Positions 19,047 to 28,362 of a stretch of DNA of 64,000 bases are shown one piece after another. Made by a program: the position numbers and the translations under genes. The stretch lies in IMG/VR virus record IMGVR_UViG_3300044712_001034, positions 1 to 64,000 of that record. One strand, written 5' to 3'. This DNA is from a virus. Each line of letters starts with the position of its first letter. The first letter of the stretch is position 1. Under the pieces are notes generated by a model. That model was not told the DNA's origin and did not search any database. It was given only the letters and a program-made list of their open reading frames with translations.

Positions 19047-21877
19047 ATGCTTCATATCGAATATTTTTGCGTTGGAATCTCAGTTATTATTTTATTTTGT
19101 ATTTTACTAATTATAGGTAAGATCATATATGATTTTATTAAAGATAATAAAGAAAAAAGTTTTATTATCTGCGCGATTATTTCTATTTTAATATTAGCAT
19201 ACTTTATCGGGGAATGTATTATTACTTCCTTGAAATAATTCCTTGGAGTGGAGGAATAGAATGGCAAACTTTAATTCATACTATCAATCGTTTAATAATG
19301 AAATGTATAAACCTATTAATAACAGAATTAGATGTGTTTTATTTTGTCAGGACGATGAACTAAATAAATTCCCTCTAAGCAGGTTATATATTTTAAATCA
19401 AGAAAAAAAACTTTGGGAAAGTGTAGATAATCCTAATCATATTGATCTAGTAAAAGACAGTAACGTGGTAGAATGGATTGCTATTCATCCTTATGATAAA
19501 TTTCCAGCAGAAAAGAGGAATAAATGAAAAAAGATATTACAGAATTATCTGATGAAGAAGTTGAAGAAAAACTTAATCGTTTACGGGCTTTTCTAAATTC
19601 TCGATGGCATGAAGAAAATGCTTTATCAGAAGAGGTTTTAAAAAGAAAAGTATTAAAAGCTATAAAGTTTATAAATAAAATTAAGTGGAAAACAAGAATC
19701 GCCTCTCCTAGTTTCTTTGGTAATCCTGGAATTAATTTATGGTTAGAAGCAGACGATAGATATGCCCCCGATGAATTTACAAATGTTTTTCATAATTATC
19801 ATGATACAATTTATTTAGATACTATTATTGGTATAAACGTTAGATTAGCTACTAATGATGGAGATTTAACAATTACTGGTGATGCAGAAGAAATGATGAA
19901 ATTTATTAAACAATATGATATTCCTATAGATTCCATAGAAAAAGATTTGGAAGGTTATCGAAATAATTTTCTAAAACAACTTAAAATAGTTGATGATCTT
20001 ATTTCTAATATAACCGGAATTCACCCAATAGAATCATAAAAGGAGAAATAATGAATACTACATTTACTTTTAAAACTTTAACTAAGTGTCGGCATGAATA
20101 TATTAAGTTTGACCATTATCTTTATGATAGTAAAGGAAAAGTAATTTGTAAGGTTTATATTTGTCCTGATTGTAAACATGTAGATTATAGGATTTGGTAA
20201 AATGAATTTACAAGATGCTCAGGAAATAGCTAATAAAATTCCAGAAGGTAGATATTCTACTTTAATTGATAGTTTAAATTCTATCTGTAAAGATGCGGAT
20301 AGATTTGAATATGGATTACCTACTTTTGGGAGATATGAAAGTAAACTACTAACAGAAATAAAAGAATGGTTTGTAGAAATTATATTAGATTATCCGGAAT
20401 TATTTGGAGAAAGAAATGAATAATAGTAAACTTGCTAGGGGTTGTGTAACATTCTTTTCTTTAGTATTTGTTATCTTTCTTTTAGCTTGCTGTGCAAAAT
20501 GGTCAGGAATTTAAAATGAAAAACTTTTTTTACGTTATTCAGTTTATATTTTGTAGATTTGTTTGGAGATTTTCCGGAAAAATTAAAAACTGGTCTGGGA
20601 GAGGACTTATTAAAGCTAACTATTACTTTATTAATACGGATCAGCAAGAGTTAATAACAAAGTTACATAAATAAAAGGAGAATTAAAATGCCGTTTGTTG
20701 TAAAATATATTCCTACCGGAGAATATATTACTAGATGTTCTAATCCTCTTTGGGAAATTGAATGTAAAACTTGGGGTAAAAAACCACTATCAAACAATAT
20801 TAATAAAGCAAGAGTTTATAATCAAAAATCTCATGTATTATCTTCTTTAGGATCTAGACCCATTCTTGGAAAAGAAACTAGAACTTATAAAGTTTGTGGA
20901 GGAAAAGAAGTAACTAGAGAAGTAGATATTCTTGGTGAAAAAAGAGTTAATCCTAATTTATTCGAAGTAATTGAAATTGGATTGGAGCCAAAATGAACGA
21001 TCATAAACCAATAAAATCTGTAAAAGAAGTTAATTATCCTGATGGAATTTATGATGGAACATGGAGTGGATATGTTGTTTCTTTTAGTAAATATAAAGGA
21101 TGTTTTGAAGTAGATATGGGAGTTAGGAATCCTTTAGGCGCTCCTGTAAAAATTATTATTAAAAATAAACAAGCAACTATTAAACTACTGAATTAATAAT
21201 TCCTTGGAGTGGAGGAATAAATAATGGTAATATCTAATTTTAAATGCCCTGTTTGTAATTATGAGTATGAAGAAACAACGGAAAGAATACCACCAGAGAA
21301 TCAAAAATTTTATGGTAATGTTACTTATAAAAGCAAAGTAACTAAAGGAGATGATCCATATATCAATATTACAATTCCTGTAAATGATGGTTATATATAT
21401 TTACGCTCTTGTCCAAAATGCAAAGTAGTTTTATTAGGAGAATAAATAATGGAATTATTTATTATGTCACTTTTTTATTTCCTTATTGCTTTTGTTATTT
21501 TTTGGGTTTCTTATCTGGTAGTTGATGAATTTGTAATTTCTTTATCTATAGGAGTTTTCTGGCCTATCTGGATAATCGTAGGACTTATTAAACTAGTAAT
21601 TAAAACTATTCAATATATAAAGGAGGTTTTTTAAATGTTAAAACCTTTTATTTTTAAAGTAGAACAATATAAAGATGGGGAAGGTTATGAAGGATACTTT
21701 CTAGTATCAGCATTAGATACTAAACACGCTTTAGAAACTTTAGAAAGAAATGAAAGTTTTATTAAGGTGAAAAATTACGGAGGTTCTATTACAATTAATC
21801 AAACTAATTTAGATGATATGAATGATAGCTTTTCTACTTACCGCTGTTTTGAATTAATCTTTGATAATTATAATTAG
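19047..21877 (+). CDS. run of about 12 small hypothetical ORFs (several membrane or CxxC, including 20051-20200 CRHEY...CPDC and 21224-21445)
   Basis: ORF track plus manual reading; RBSs and coupled stops/starts. Confidence 0.6.
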
Positions 21878-21896
21878 ATAATATAATTTAAATAAT

Positions 21897-21936
21897 AAAA
21901 GCCCTAGGATTTATTCCTAGGGCTTTTTGCGTTTAA
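21897..21936. terminator. bidirectional intrinsic terminator at the convergent junction; same hairpin family as elements 1-10
   Basis: AAAAGCCCTAGGA-TTTAT-TCCTAGGGCTTTTT then GCGTTTAA rather than ATTTAA. Confidence 0.85.
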
Positions 21937-22009
21937 TTTTTTCTTGGCTTTGGGCCAAAAAATTTTAATTTTTTTCAGTTTTGCCAAAAAAGAATTCTCC
22001 AAAAGAATT

Positions 22010-22456
22010 TTATTTTTCTACAAAAACAATTTCTAATCTATCATACAAGAATTTCATCTTACTAACTTCAAGTCCAACAGGAGAATAATCACTTTCAAAA
22101 ATAGAATAATGATACGGAGTCGGATCATATTCTTTATGGTTTTTAGATAAATAATTTTCATCTGTAGATTCCAATAAAGCAAAGAATTGTACAAACCAGG
22201 CCACAAATTCTACCTGTTCTTGTGGACAATTTACTATAGTAATTTTATTATTTAAGAAATGAAATCTTAGATCTAAAGAAACTAATTTTCTTACTAGGTA
22301 TTCAAGTAGCTCTATCTGGTCTGTATAAATTATTTCTAGTTCATCCGTTATGTAATCCCGGATTTGATACAATTCAGCTAGGATACTTGTAGTGGAGTTA
22401 GTGTAATTGGCCTCTTCAATTAACCGGAAAAATTGGGAATTATTCATAATGCACAA
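22010..22456 (-). CDS. hypothetical protein
   Basis: 148-aa ORF overlapping the RNR stop. Confidence 0.7.
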   Translation of the reverse strand: MCIMNNSQFFRLIEEANYTNSTTSILAELYQIRDYITDELEIIYTDQIELLEYLVRKLVSLDLRFHFLNNKITIVNCPQEQVEFVAWFVQFFALLESTDENYLSKNHKEYDPTPYHYSIFESDYSPVGLEVSKMKFLYDRLEIVFVEK

Positions 22457-25098
22457 GTCTCGTTATTACAATATTTATCTCCTACTGATTCTACATCAAA
22501 CATATTTGAGAAATCTAATTGAGATAATTTACTAGATAACTCTTCATACTTTTCTTTAGTTATTTCTTCGTAGGGCATTTGTGGATAAGCACCATAAGAA
22601 ATTTTTGGTAGGAATGAAACAGCTTTTAGTTTGAATTGGAAATAATTCAACGCGTTCTCTACATCTTTTCCCTCTTTCTCTGGATCAAAGGTAACAGTTA
22701 CACTAACAGAATTATCTGCCCAATGTTCTTGTGCAAAACTGGCTAAATTTAACTGTTCCCACATAGAAACATCTTTTAGAGTTCTCATCTTTTCCCCAAG
22801 AGATACAGGGAATTCTACAACTACTGTAGAACTTTCTTGTCCTACCGCAGGTTCTACATTATATCCCGCATCAATTAAAGGTTTTATTAATGGGGAATTA
22901 TAACCTAGCCTTACTCTGCGAATGTAATAATTAGATTCTGGATAATGAACTCCTGGGGTTACTCCAGCTAGTAAAGAAACTGTTCCGGAGGGTTTTGTTG
23001 TAGTTAGTTTTATTGATAAAGGAATTGCAAACCAATCAGAGTACACTTTATCATAATATTTTGCAGTTTTATATCCCTCTTCCATCCAGGTTTCTAATTC
23101 TTTTACTCCTCTATTAGTAACAAATTGCGCTAATCCTGTCATAGATAGCCCAATTCTTCTATTACGTAGCATAATTCTGTTGGATTCCGGCCACTGAGTT
23201 CCTAATAAAGTAACTGTCTTTGCGTAAAGATAAGCATATTTTATTGTAGTTTTAAAATCTTCCAACGTTTCGTGATTAGTTGGGAAGGACTCAACTAGAT
23301 TGCAATTTTCATAAGATTCTAAGGTAATCTCTCCACAATTAGCAGACACAATTCCAGAGCAAAAACCGCTAATAGGAGTAGGATCAGCAATAATATAAGT
23401 GTGTGTATTATCTACAGTACCATTATAAACATCTTCTCTTTCTTCTAGCAGTTTAACAGAAACTACCTTATGATTCTTTCTATAAAATCCACCATCTCTT
23501 CGGAATGGGTAATGAACTCTATTATGTTCTGAATTAGTTAGTAACTCTAGATTAGAAATATCATTATTTAGTTTTGTGAAATCTTTATGATGCAAGATTA
23601 GTTTATCTTTTATCTTTCCGTTATAATATTCCCAAATCATTCTTGCAGCATATTGGTGTTTTGCTTTTCCATCTACCCAACCATGAACACGTATGTGACC
23701 ATCTTTAGGAATAGACATTGAAAAAGCTCTTACAGATTGACCTATTGTTAGATCTTTAGCCATAATTTTATTACCCCGAAAAGTATAGAAATTATGATCT
23801 AAAGTACATTTAACTTTTAGTCCAGAATCGAAAGTAACTTCTACTAATTCTTGATCTTTCCTAGTTAGTCTAGGGCTTCTCATCATACTAATTTCTGGTA
23901 ATTTTGTATCGGGATTCCAAGTGTATACTAAAATATCCTTACCACTTTCTGCTAATTCTTTGAAAGTTTTATCACCCTCATACACAGTAACAATCTTAGT
24001 ATCCCCGGTTACGCAAGGATTGAGTCCTGAAACCCTGAAATCTTTATTATCCTTTTCAGTTTCTTTCATCCTACTATAAAGGCGAGAATTGTTTACCCAA
24101 AAAATTCCGGGTTCTCCATTAATCCTAATACGCCTAGCTATATCTTTATAATCAATACCTGTTTCAGCATAGATAGAGTTATTACTTGCCCAACCGTAAT
24201 CCATTCGATCAGGATTCTTAGTATAATCTTTTAGATCTAGAAAGTCTTCTGTTGGATTTCCTAATGCTAGCTCTGCGGATCTACGAACATTTCCAGCAAT
24301 AACCGCTTTACCAATTAGATTGAACACATCTGTAATAAGTCTAGCAGAAAGAAACTCTCCATTCTTGTTTCCAAGTAATTCTCTAATCTTATCGTGAAGT
24401 TCTTTTAGGGGTTTATAACCAGAAGAAACACCACCAAAAGTTTTGATTGGCGCACCCTCTGGTCTAATTAAAGAATAGTCAAATTCTATTTCATAATTAG
24501 AAGTAAAGTAAGAATCAAGTAAAGCACCAAGAGAAGCTACCCACCCCTCCCTATCATCAGAAATTACTACAGTTAGTTTTCTTTTTCCTGGCTCTTTGAT
24601 TTTTACTTTATTTGCTCCAAGAGTATCAAACCCTACTCCAACACCCAACATTAAAGAATCCATAGCATACATAAAAGGTTTTGAAATATTTTCAGTAATA
24701 CTTATGGTGGAAACGAACGTACAATTATACAGGCTACCTGTTAGTCCTTTCTCCATAATTAAAGGAGTTCCCATAGCCCACAAACTTCTACCTCCCGGAA
24801 GAAATTTAAAATTGAACATTCTATCATACATTTCTTGGGCAGACTTTTGAGCTTTTCCTTGTGACCACTCTAATTCAGAATCTTCTATATATTGTTTCTG
24901 AATAGAATATATGCCTTCTACAACTCTTTTAATTGTTTCCCACCACTGTTCATTTTCCCCGGATTCCTTAATTCTGCTATAAGTCCTTAGAAAAATAAAC
25001 TCTCCCAAACCATTAAATCCAAATGGAGGAACTTTAGTCTTATATTGGGAAAGGAAAGAATCTGTTAGCTTAAACGTACTAGTAATTGGAAATTTCAT
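22444..25098 (-). CDS. nrdJ: class II (B12-dependent) ribonucleotide reductase, monomeric RTPR-type, with intein
   Basis: RTYSR, PGGRSLW, LYNC, GNVRRSA, NPC|GEI, KPSGTVS, DNSVS, C-terminal YCNNETC. Confidence 0.93.
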   Translation of the reverse strand: MKFPITSTFKLTDSFLSQYKTKVPPFGFNGLGEFIFLRTYSRIKESGENEQWWETIKRVVEGIYSIQKQYIEDSELEWSQGKAQKSAQEMYDRMFNFKFLPGGRSLWAMGTPLIMEKGLTGSLYNCTFVSTISITENISKPFMYAMDSLMLGVGVGFDTLGANKVKIKEPGKRKLTVVISDDREGWVASLGALLDSYFTSNYEIEFDYSLIRPEGAPIKTFGGVSSGYKPLKELHDKIRELLGNKNGEFLSARLITDVFNLIGKAVIAGNVRRSAELALGNPTEDFLDLKDYTKNPDRMDYGWASNNSIYAETGIDYKDIARRIRINGEPGIFWVNNSRLYSRMKETEKDNKDFRVSGLNPCVTGDTKIVTVYEGDKTFKELAESGKDILVYTWNPDTKLPEISMMRSPRLTRKDQELVEVTFDSGLKVKCTLDHNFYTFRGNKIMAKDLTIGQSVRAFSMSIPKDGHIRVHGWVDGKAKHQYAARMIWEYYNGKIKDKLILHHKDFTKLNNDISNLELLTNSEHNRVHYPFRRDGGFYRKNHKVVSVKLLEEREDVYNGTVDNTHTYIIADPTPISGFCSGIVSANCGEITLESYENCNLVESFPTNHETLEDFKTTIKYAYLYAKTVTLLGTQWPESNRIMLRNRRIGLSMTGLAQFVTNRGVKELETWMEEGYKTAKYYDKVYSDWFAIPLSIKLTTTKPSGTVSLLAGVTPGVHYPESNYYIRRVRLGYNSPLIKPLIDAGYNVEPAVGQESSTVVVEFPVSLGEKMRTLKDVSMWEQLNLASFAQEHWADNSVSVTVTFDPEKEGKDVENALNYFQFKLKAVSFLPKISYGAYPQMPYEEITKEKYEELSSKLSQLDFSNMFDVESVGDKYCNNETCAL
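23338..24015 (-). mobile_element. intein (226 aa) with HNH endonuclease in the nrdJ active-site motif
   Basis: GLNP|CVTGDT...CTLDH...HHKDFTKLNNDISNLELL..SEH...VYNGTVDNTHTY...IVSAN|CGEITL. Confidence 0.9.
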
Positions 25099-25116
25099 TT
25101 ATAAATTTTCTCCGAA

Positions 25117-25236
25117 CTATTTATCTTCTATCCAAGTTTCTATTACCCTTCCGCAGATAGGGCAAACTTTTTTACAAAGGTAACAAGTACCTTTATCTTC
25201 TCTAACAACAATATAAGTGTAGCATTGACAGGTCAT
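25117..25236 (-). CDS. zinc-ribbon microprotein (39 aa)
   Basis: Manual translation MTCQCYTYIVVREDKGTCYLCKKVCPICGRVIETWIEDK; AAGGA RBS, ATGA coupling. Confidence 0.75.
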   Translation of the reverse strand: MTCQCYTYIVVREDKGTCYLCKKVCPICGRVIETWIEDK

Positions 25237-25376
25237 TGTTTATCCTTTGGAATAACATAAGTATTGAATACCTGACCACATTTTATACAAGCTACCTGAA
25301 TTTTAATTCCCATATCAGTTTCTTCTACTACAGTTCTTATAGTACCTTTATCGTGTTGACATACTAAATTATTCAT
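25233..25376 (-). CDS. zinc-ribbon microprotein (47 aa)
   Basis: MNNLVCQHDKGTIRTVVEETDMGIKIQVACIKCGQVFNTYVIPKDKQ. Confidence 0.7.
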   Translation of the reverse strand: MNNLVCQHDKGTIRTVVEETDMGIKIQVACIKCGQVFNTYVIPKDKQ

Positions 25377-25482
25377 ACCACTTATGCAATACCTCTCCGC
25401 AATCTGCACAAACAATCACGTAATAAACCACACCTTTTTCATCTCGTTCTTGTTGCTTAAACCAATGCCGATGTTCACACAT
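25369..25482 (-). CDS. zinc-ribbon microprotein (37 aa)
   Basis: MCEHRHWFKQQERDEKGVVYYVIVCADCGEVLHKWYE. Confidence 0.7.
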   Translation of the reverse strand: MCEHRHWFKQQERDEKGVVYYVIVCADCGEVLHKWYE

Positions 25483-25483
25483 A

Positions 25484-25606
25484 TTATTTTAGTCTAGTCC
25501 AAGAATCTAGAACACAGTTACAAGTACTGCACCGTTTTAGAACTAGATAATGATTACCCTTATCAATTTCTTCTAGCCAATAAGTATCACAACCACATCT
25601 ACACAT
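25484..25606 (-). CDS. zinc-ribbon microprotein (40 aa)
   Basis: MCRCGCDTYWLEEIDKGNHYLVLKRCSTCNCVLDSWTRLK; AAGGAG RBS. Confidence 0.75.
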   Translation of the reverse strand: MCRCGCDTYWLEEIDKGNHYLVLKRCSTCNCVLDSWTRLK

Positions 25607-25619
25607 ATCTAATCTCCTT

Positions 25620-25736
25620 TTACTTGTGTTCAATCCAAGAATCTAACATCTTTTTACATTTCTTACAATATACAGTAACCTTAATATAACTACCCATATC
25701 TTCTCTCTCTGTATATGTTTCGCTACAATGACACAT
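25620..25736 (-). CDS. zinc-ribbon microprotein (38 aa)
   Basis: MCHCSETYTEREDMGSYIKVTVYCKKCKKMLDSWIEHK; AAGGA RBS. Confidence 0.75.
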   Translation of the reverse strand: MCHCSETYTEREDMGSYIKVTVYCKKCKKMLDSWIEHK

Positions 25737-25750
25737 ATCTAAATTCCTTT

Positions 25751-26248
25751 CTATTTTATTTCAGTAATTTTTGAAACTAAACTTGCTTGTTTGTATTGAC
25801 TAAGAATTCCACCAGAAGCCCCTCGCTCAGTATCCTTTAAGTAAAAGGCATCTTTTGGTAACTCAACTAATTCAGGAATTTCTACTTTCTGGATAATAAG
25901 CTGACCAATTGGATCACCGTGTCTAATTTCCATAGCAATACTAGAGGTATTCATTACCTTCACTAATATCTGTCCAGTATAACCATAGTCTACAACTCCA
26001 CCACCAATTAGATAATCATTCTTACTTTTGGGCCAGATTAATCCTACACAACCTTCTGGAATTTCTACTGCTATTAGAGTTGGAATTAGAGCAAAGCTAT
26101 GTGGATATACTGTAACAGAAGCAGTAAATGGGATAGAAATATCCTCTTCTTCTCGCCATTTCAAACAAGCGTATAAATCTAATCCTGCATCTGTAGAATG
26201 TTTCCTTCTTGGTGTCGTTGCATATTTGCTTAGTTTTGTGAAGTTCAT
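25751..26248 (-). CDS. dut: trimeric dUTPase
   Basis: DAGLDL, GGVVDYGYTG, GDPIGQL, RGASGG motifs. Confidence 0.9.
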   Translation of the reverse strand: MNFTKLSKYATTPRRKHSTDAGLDLYACLKWREEEDISIPFTASVTVYPHSFALIPTLIAVEIPEGCVGLIWPKSKNDYLIGGGVVDYGYTGQILVKVMNTSSIAMEIRHGDPIGQLIIQKVEIPELVELPKDAFYLKDTERGASGGILSQYKQASLVSKITEIK

Positions 26249-26700
26249 TATCTAACCCCTTTCATCCAATCTGCTAAGTATTTATTTGCTTCTTCTAGAG
26301 TTTCAAAAATAATATCTCCGGATTCTAGAACAAAAGCATGACGGTGAATGTTTTCTTTTGGTAAAATTATGAGGCTGTGCTTTCCTAGCAAACTGGCCCA
26401 AGCTAGTTCCATCATTGTTCCTATGGAAACTCTGTCACCGGAATTAGATAAATCAGCCAGAATAATATCACAATTAGATACCATCCACTTATCTCTTTCA
26501 AATATCGCATGATTAGTAGAAACTGGATAATTATAATCACTTTCTTTTAACTTTGTTTCATTACGAAGATACGTTTTTCCTGTCATAGGGCAAAGAACCT
26601 CATACCCCAAAGATTCTAGAAAATGTGTTTTTTCTTTATATAAATAAACAACCTCGTCATAACTTTTACCAGAAATTGGCCCTGCTAAATAGATCCGCAT
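26248..26700 (-). CDS. nucleoside 2-deoxyribosyltransferase-like protein
   Basis: IYLAGP, RD...V..CD, SIGTMMELAWA. Confidence 0.85.
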   Translation of the reverse strand: MRIYLAGPISGKSYDEVVYLYKEKTHFLESLGYEVLCPMTGKTYLRNETKLKESDYNYPVSTNHAIFERDKWMVSNCDIILADLSNSGDRVSIGTMMELAWASLLGKHSLIILPKENIHRHAFVLESGDIIFETLEEANKYLADWMKGVR

Positions 26701-27224
26701 TACAATAATCCTTTCAAATCCATAACAGAATTGATAATATTCTCATACCCGTCAAGATAAGCTTCGTTATAAGGCTGCCTTACAACATAAACCTTACAAA
26801 TATCTTTTAACTTATCTACGTTTTCTAATCTATCCTCTACAAAGATAGAGATACCTAAGCTCTGTACTACCGATCTTTTATCAGTAGTTTGGATTAGATT
26901 TTCTACTTTCGGAAATCTAAATCTGGTAAGCCAATTTTTAGTGGCATCAAATACAGTAGCAGGTCGATTACTAATATAATAAATATCATACTTTTTAGAT
27001 AGATTATTTACTAGCTCTACTACTTCTTTTTTAGCTGGTTGTGTACCATAAATATGCTTTAGTTGGATAATGTTATCCCACCATTTATTATTTCGGTAAG
27101 TTTTATAACCCGCTGTCCAGAAGTCCTGATAAGTCTGCTGAATATTTTCATAGATCTGCAATTCTGTATAAAGCGCACGATGAAAATCATATAACACCCC
27201 GTCTAAATCAAACCCTAGTTTCAA
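26700..27224 (-). CDS. HAD-family 5'(3')-deoxyribonucleotidase
   Basis: FDLDGVL, ISNR, FVEDR, PYN. Confidence 0.85.
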   Translation of the reverse strand: MKLGFDLDGVLYDFHRALYTELQIYENIQQTYQDFWTAGYKTYRNNKWWDNIIQLKHIYGTQPAKKEVVELVNNLSKKYDIYYISNRPATVFDATKNWLTRFRFPKVENLIQTTDKRSVVQSLGISIFVEDRLENVDKLKDICKVYVVRQPYNEAYLDGYENIINSVMDLKGLL

Positions 27225-27352
27225 TCTATAATCTCCTCTGTATATGTTCTAACTTGCACTTTTCCACATTTTCTACAAGTTCTTTGCCAATAAAAACCTA
27301 CAAGATGTGCTACTAAATCCCACCTAGTCCATCTATGCTTCATACAAAACAT
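27221..27352 (-). CDS. C-x-x-H-x-W...CxxC microprotein (43 aa)
   Basis: MFCMKHRWTRWDLVAHLVGFYWQRTCRKCGKVQVRTYTEEIID. Confidence 0.7.
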   Translation of the reverse strand: MFCMKHRWTRWDLVAHLVGFYWQRTCRKCGKVQVRTYTEEIID

Positions 27353-27494
27353 CTCTGATAACCTTTAACTCCACGAAATCTTTACGCTCAATTTCATTAC
27401 AACAAACACAAAATCTTTCGTACCAAGTCATAGCATCAAATTGATTAAGTGGAATTGACATATATTCCCAAACTGTCCAACAATGATTACACAT
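27333..27494 (-). CDS. C-x-H-x-W...CxxC microprotein (53 aa)
   Basis: MCNHCWTVWEY...YERFCVCCNEIERKDF... Confidence 0.65.
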   Translation of the reverse strand: MCNHCWTVWEYMSIPLNQFDAMTWYERFCVCCNEIERKDFVELKVIRDVLYEA

Positions 27495-28026
27495 TTTCTT
27501 CTCTCTTTATTATGAATTCTGGATGATCTATTTGACCTAATAAACTTTCTAAAAACCCCTTCCATTGGGGGAGTCTATGATTAATCCTTTGTGCATAAAT
27601 GTTCTGTAAAGTTCTATAACTAAACATCCATATTCTACGCTGTAGAAATCCTTCTGGTAAACAATTTTTTATACTTACTAAAGATGCTTTATTGGCGATC
27701 ATAGTATTCAAAAAATCTATGTAAAATCCCGGAATTTCGTCCTCAAAATTTTCAAGGGATAGCGGTCTTTTTTTCAAGGTGTGCATAGTTGATTCACTTT
27801 GTTTGGTAGTACCAACTCGGTAAGTATCTGCTTCTTGCCACCAATATCTAGGAGATGTAACATCTATCCACAACATAATCATCTCTAAGAACTTACTTTC
27901 TCCCGGAATACCAAAAGCATACTTCGGGAGAATTTGCTTTGTTCTTTCTATACTAGTATTATAAGATAAACTAAATCCTAATGCAGATTCTTCATAACCA
28001 TACTCAGCTAGTTTTACTACTTTCAT
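27487..28026 (-). CDS. divergent ThyX-like (flavin-dependent thymidylate synthase fold) protein
   Basis: KFLE, PRYWWQE.DTYR...SESTMH, LPEGF.Q.R, R..HRLPQW; canonical RHR motif absent. Confidence 0.6.
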   Translation of the reverse strand: MKVVKLAEYGYEESALGFSLSYNTSIERTKQILPKYAFGIPGESKFLEMIMLWIDVTSPRYWWQEADTYRVGTTKQSESTMHTLKKRPLSLENFEDEIPGFYIDFLNTMIANKASLVSIKNCLPEGFLQRRIWMFSYRTLQNIYAQRINHRLPQWKGFLESLLGQIDHPEFIIKREENV

Positions 28027-28151
28027 GCTATTTTCCTATACCTAGTTGTTTCTATCTCTCCGCATTTCATACAATGCCGTTGTTCCCAAACATAAAAGCC
28101 ATCTGATTTGATATACCAAGGAGTCCAATTGTGCAAGCAATCTCCGTTCAT
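28023..28151 (-). CDS. C-x-H-x-W...CxxC microprotein (42 aa)
   Basis: MNGDCLHNWTPWYIKSDGFYVWEQRHCMKCGEIETTRYRKIA. Confidence 0.7.
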   Translation of the reverse strand: MNGDCLHNWTPWYIKSDGFYVWEQRHCMKCGEIETTRYRKIA

Positions 28152-28362
28152 TTTAGTATTCCGTGTTCAGCTCATATCCGGTAATATTAAAAATTTCGTT
28201 TGGATACTTCTCAGTAACAGCTACAGCTAACTCACGGGTATCAAAAACACCAACAACATCGTTTTCATTATCAATAACTACGTACATAAATTTCTTTTCC
28301 ATTTTGTTTCTCCTTATTTGAATAATAGATTGATTATGATAATTGCTGTAATTCCAGCAAGA

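Noticed and set aside
1291-21877. Apparent compositional shift (more AT-rich, fewer C-ending codons) in the left block as evidence of separate origin
   Set aside because: Impression by eye only; it needs GC3 and codon-usage computation before it can be claimed
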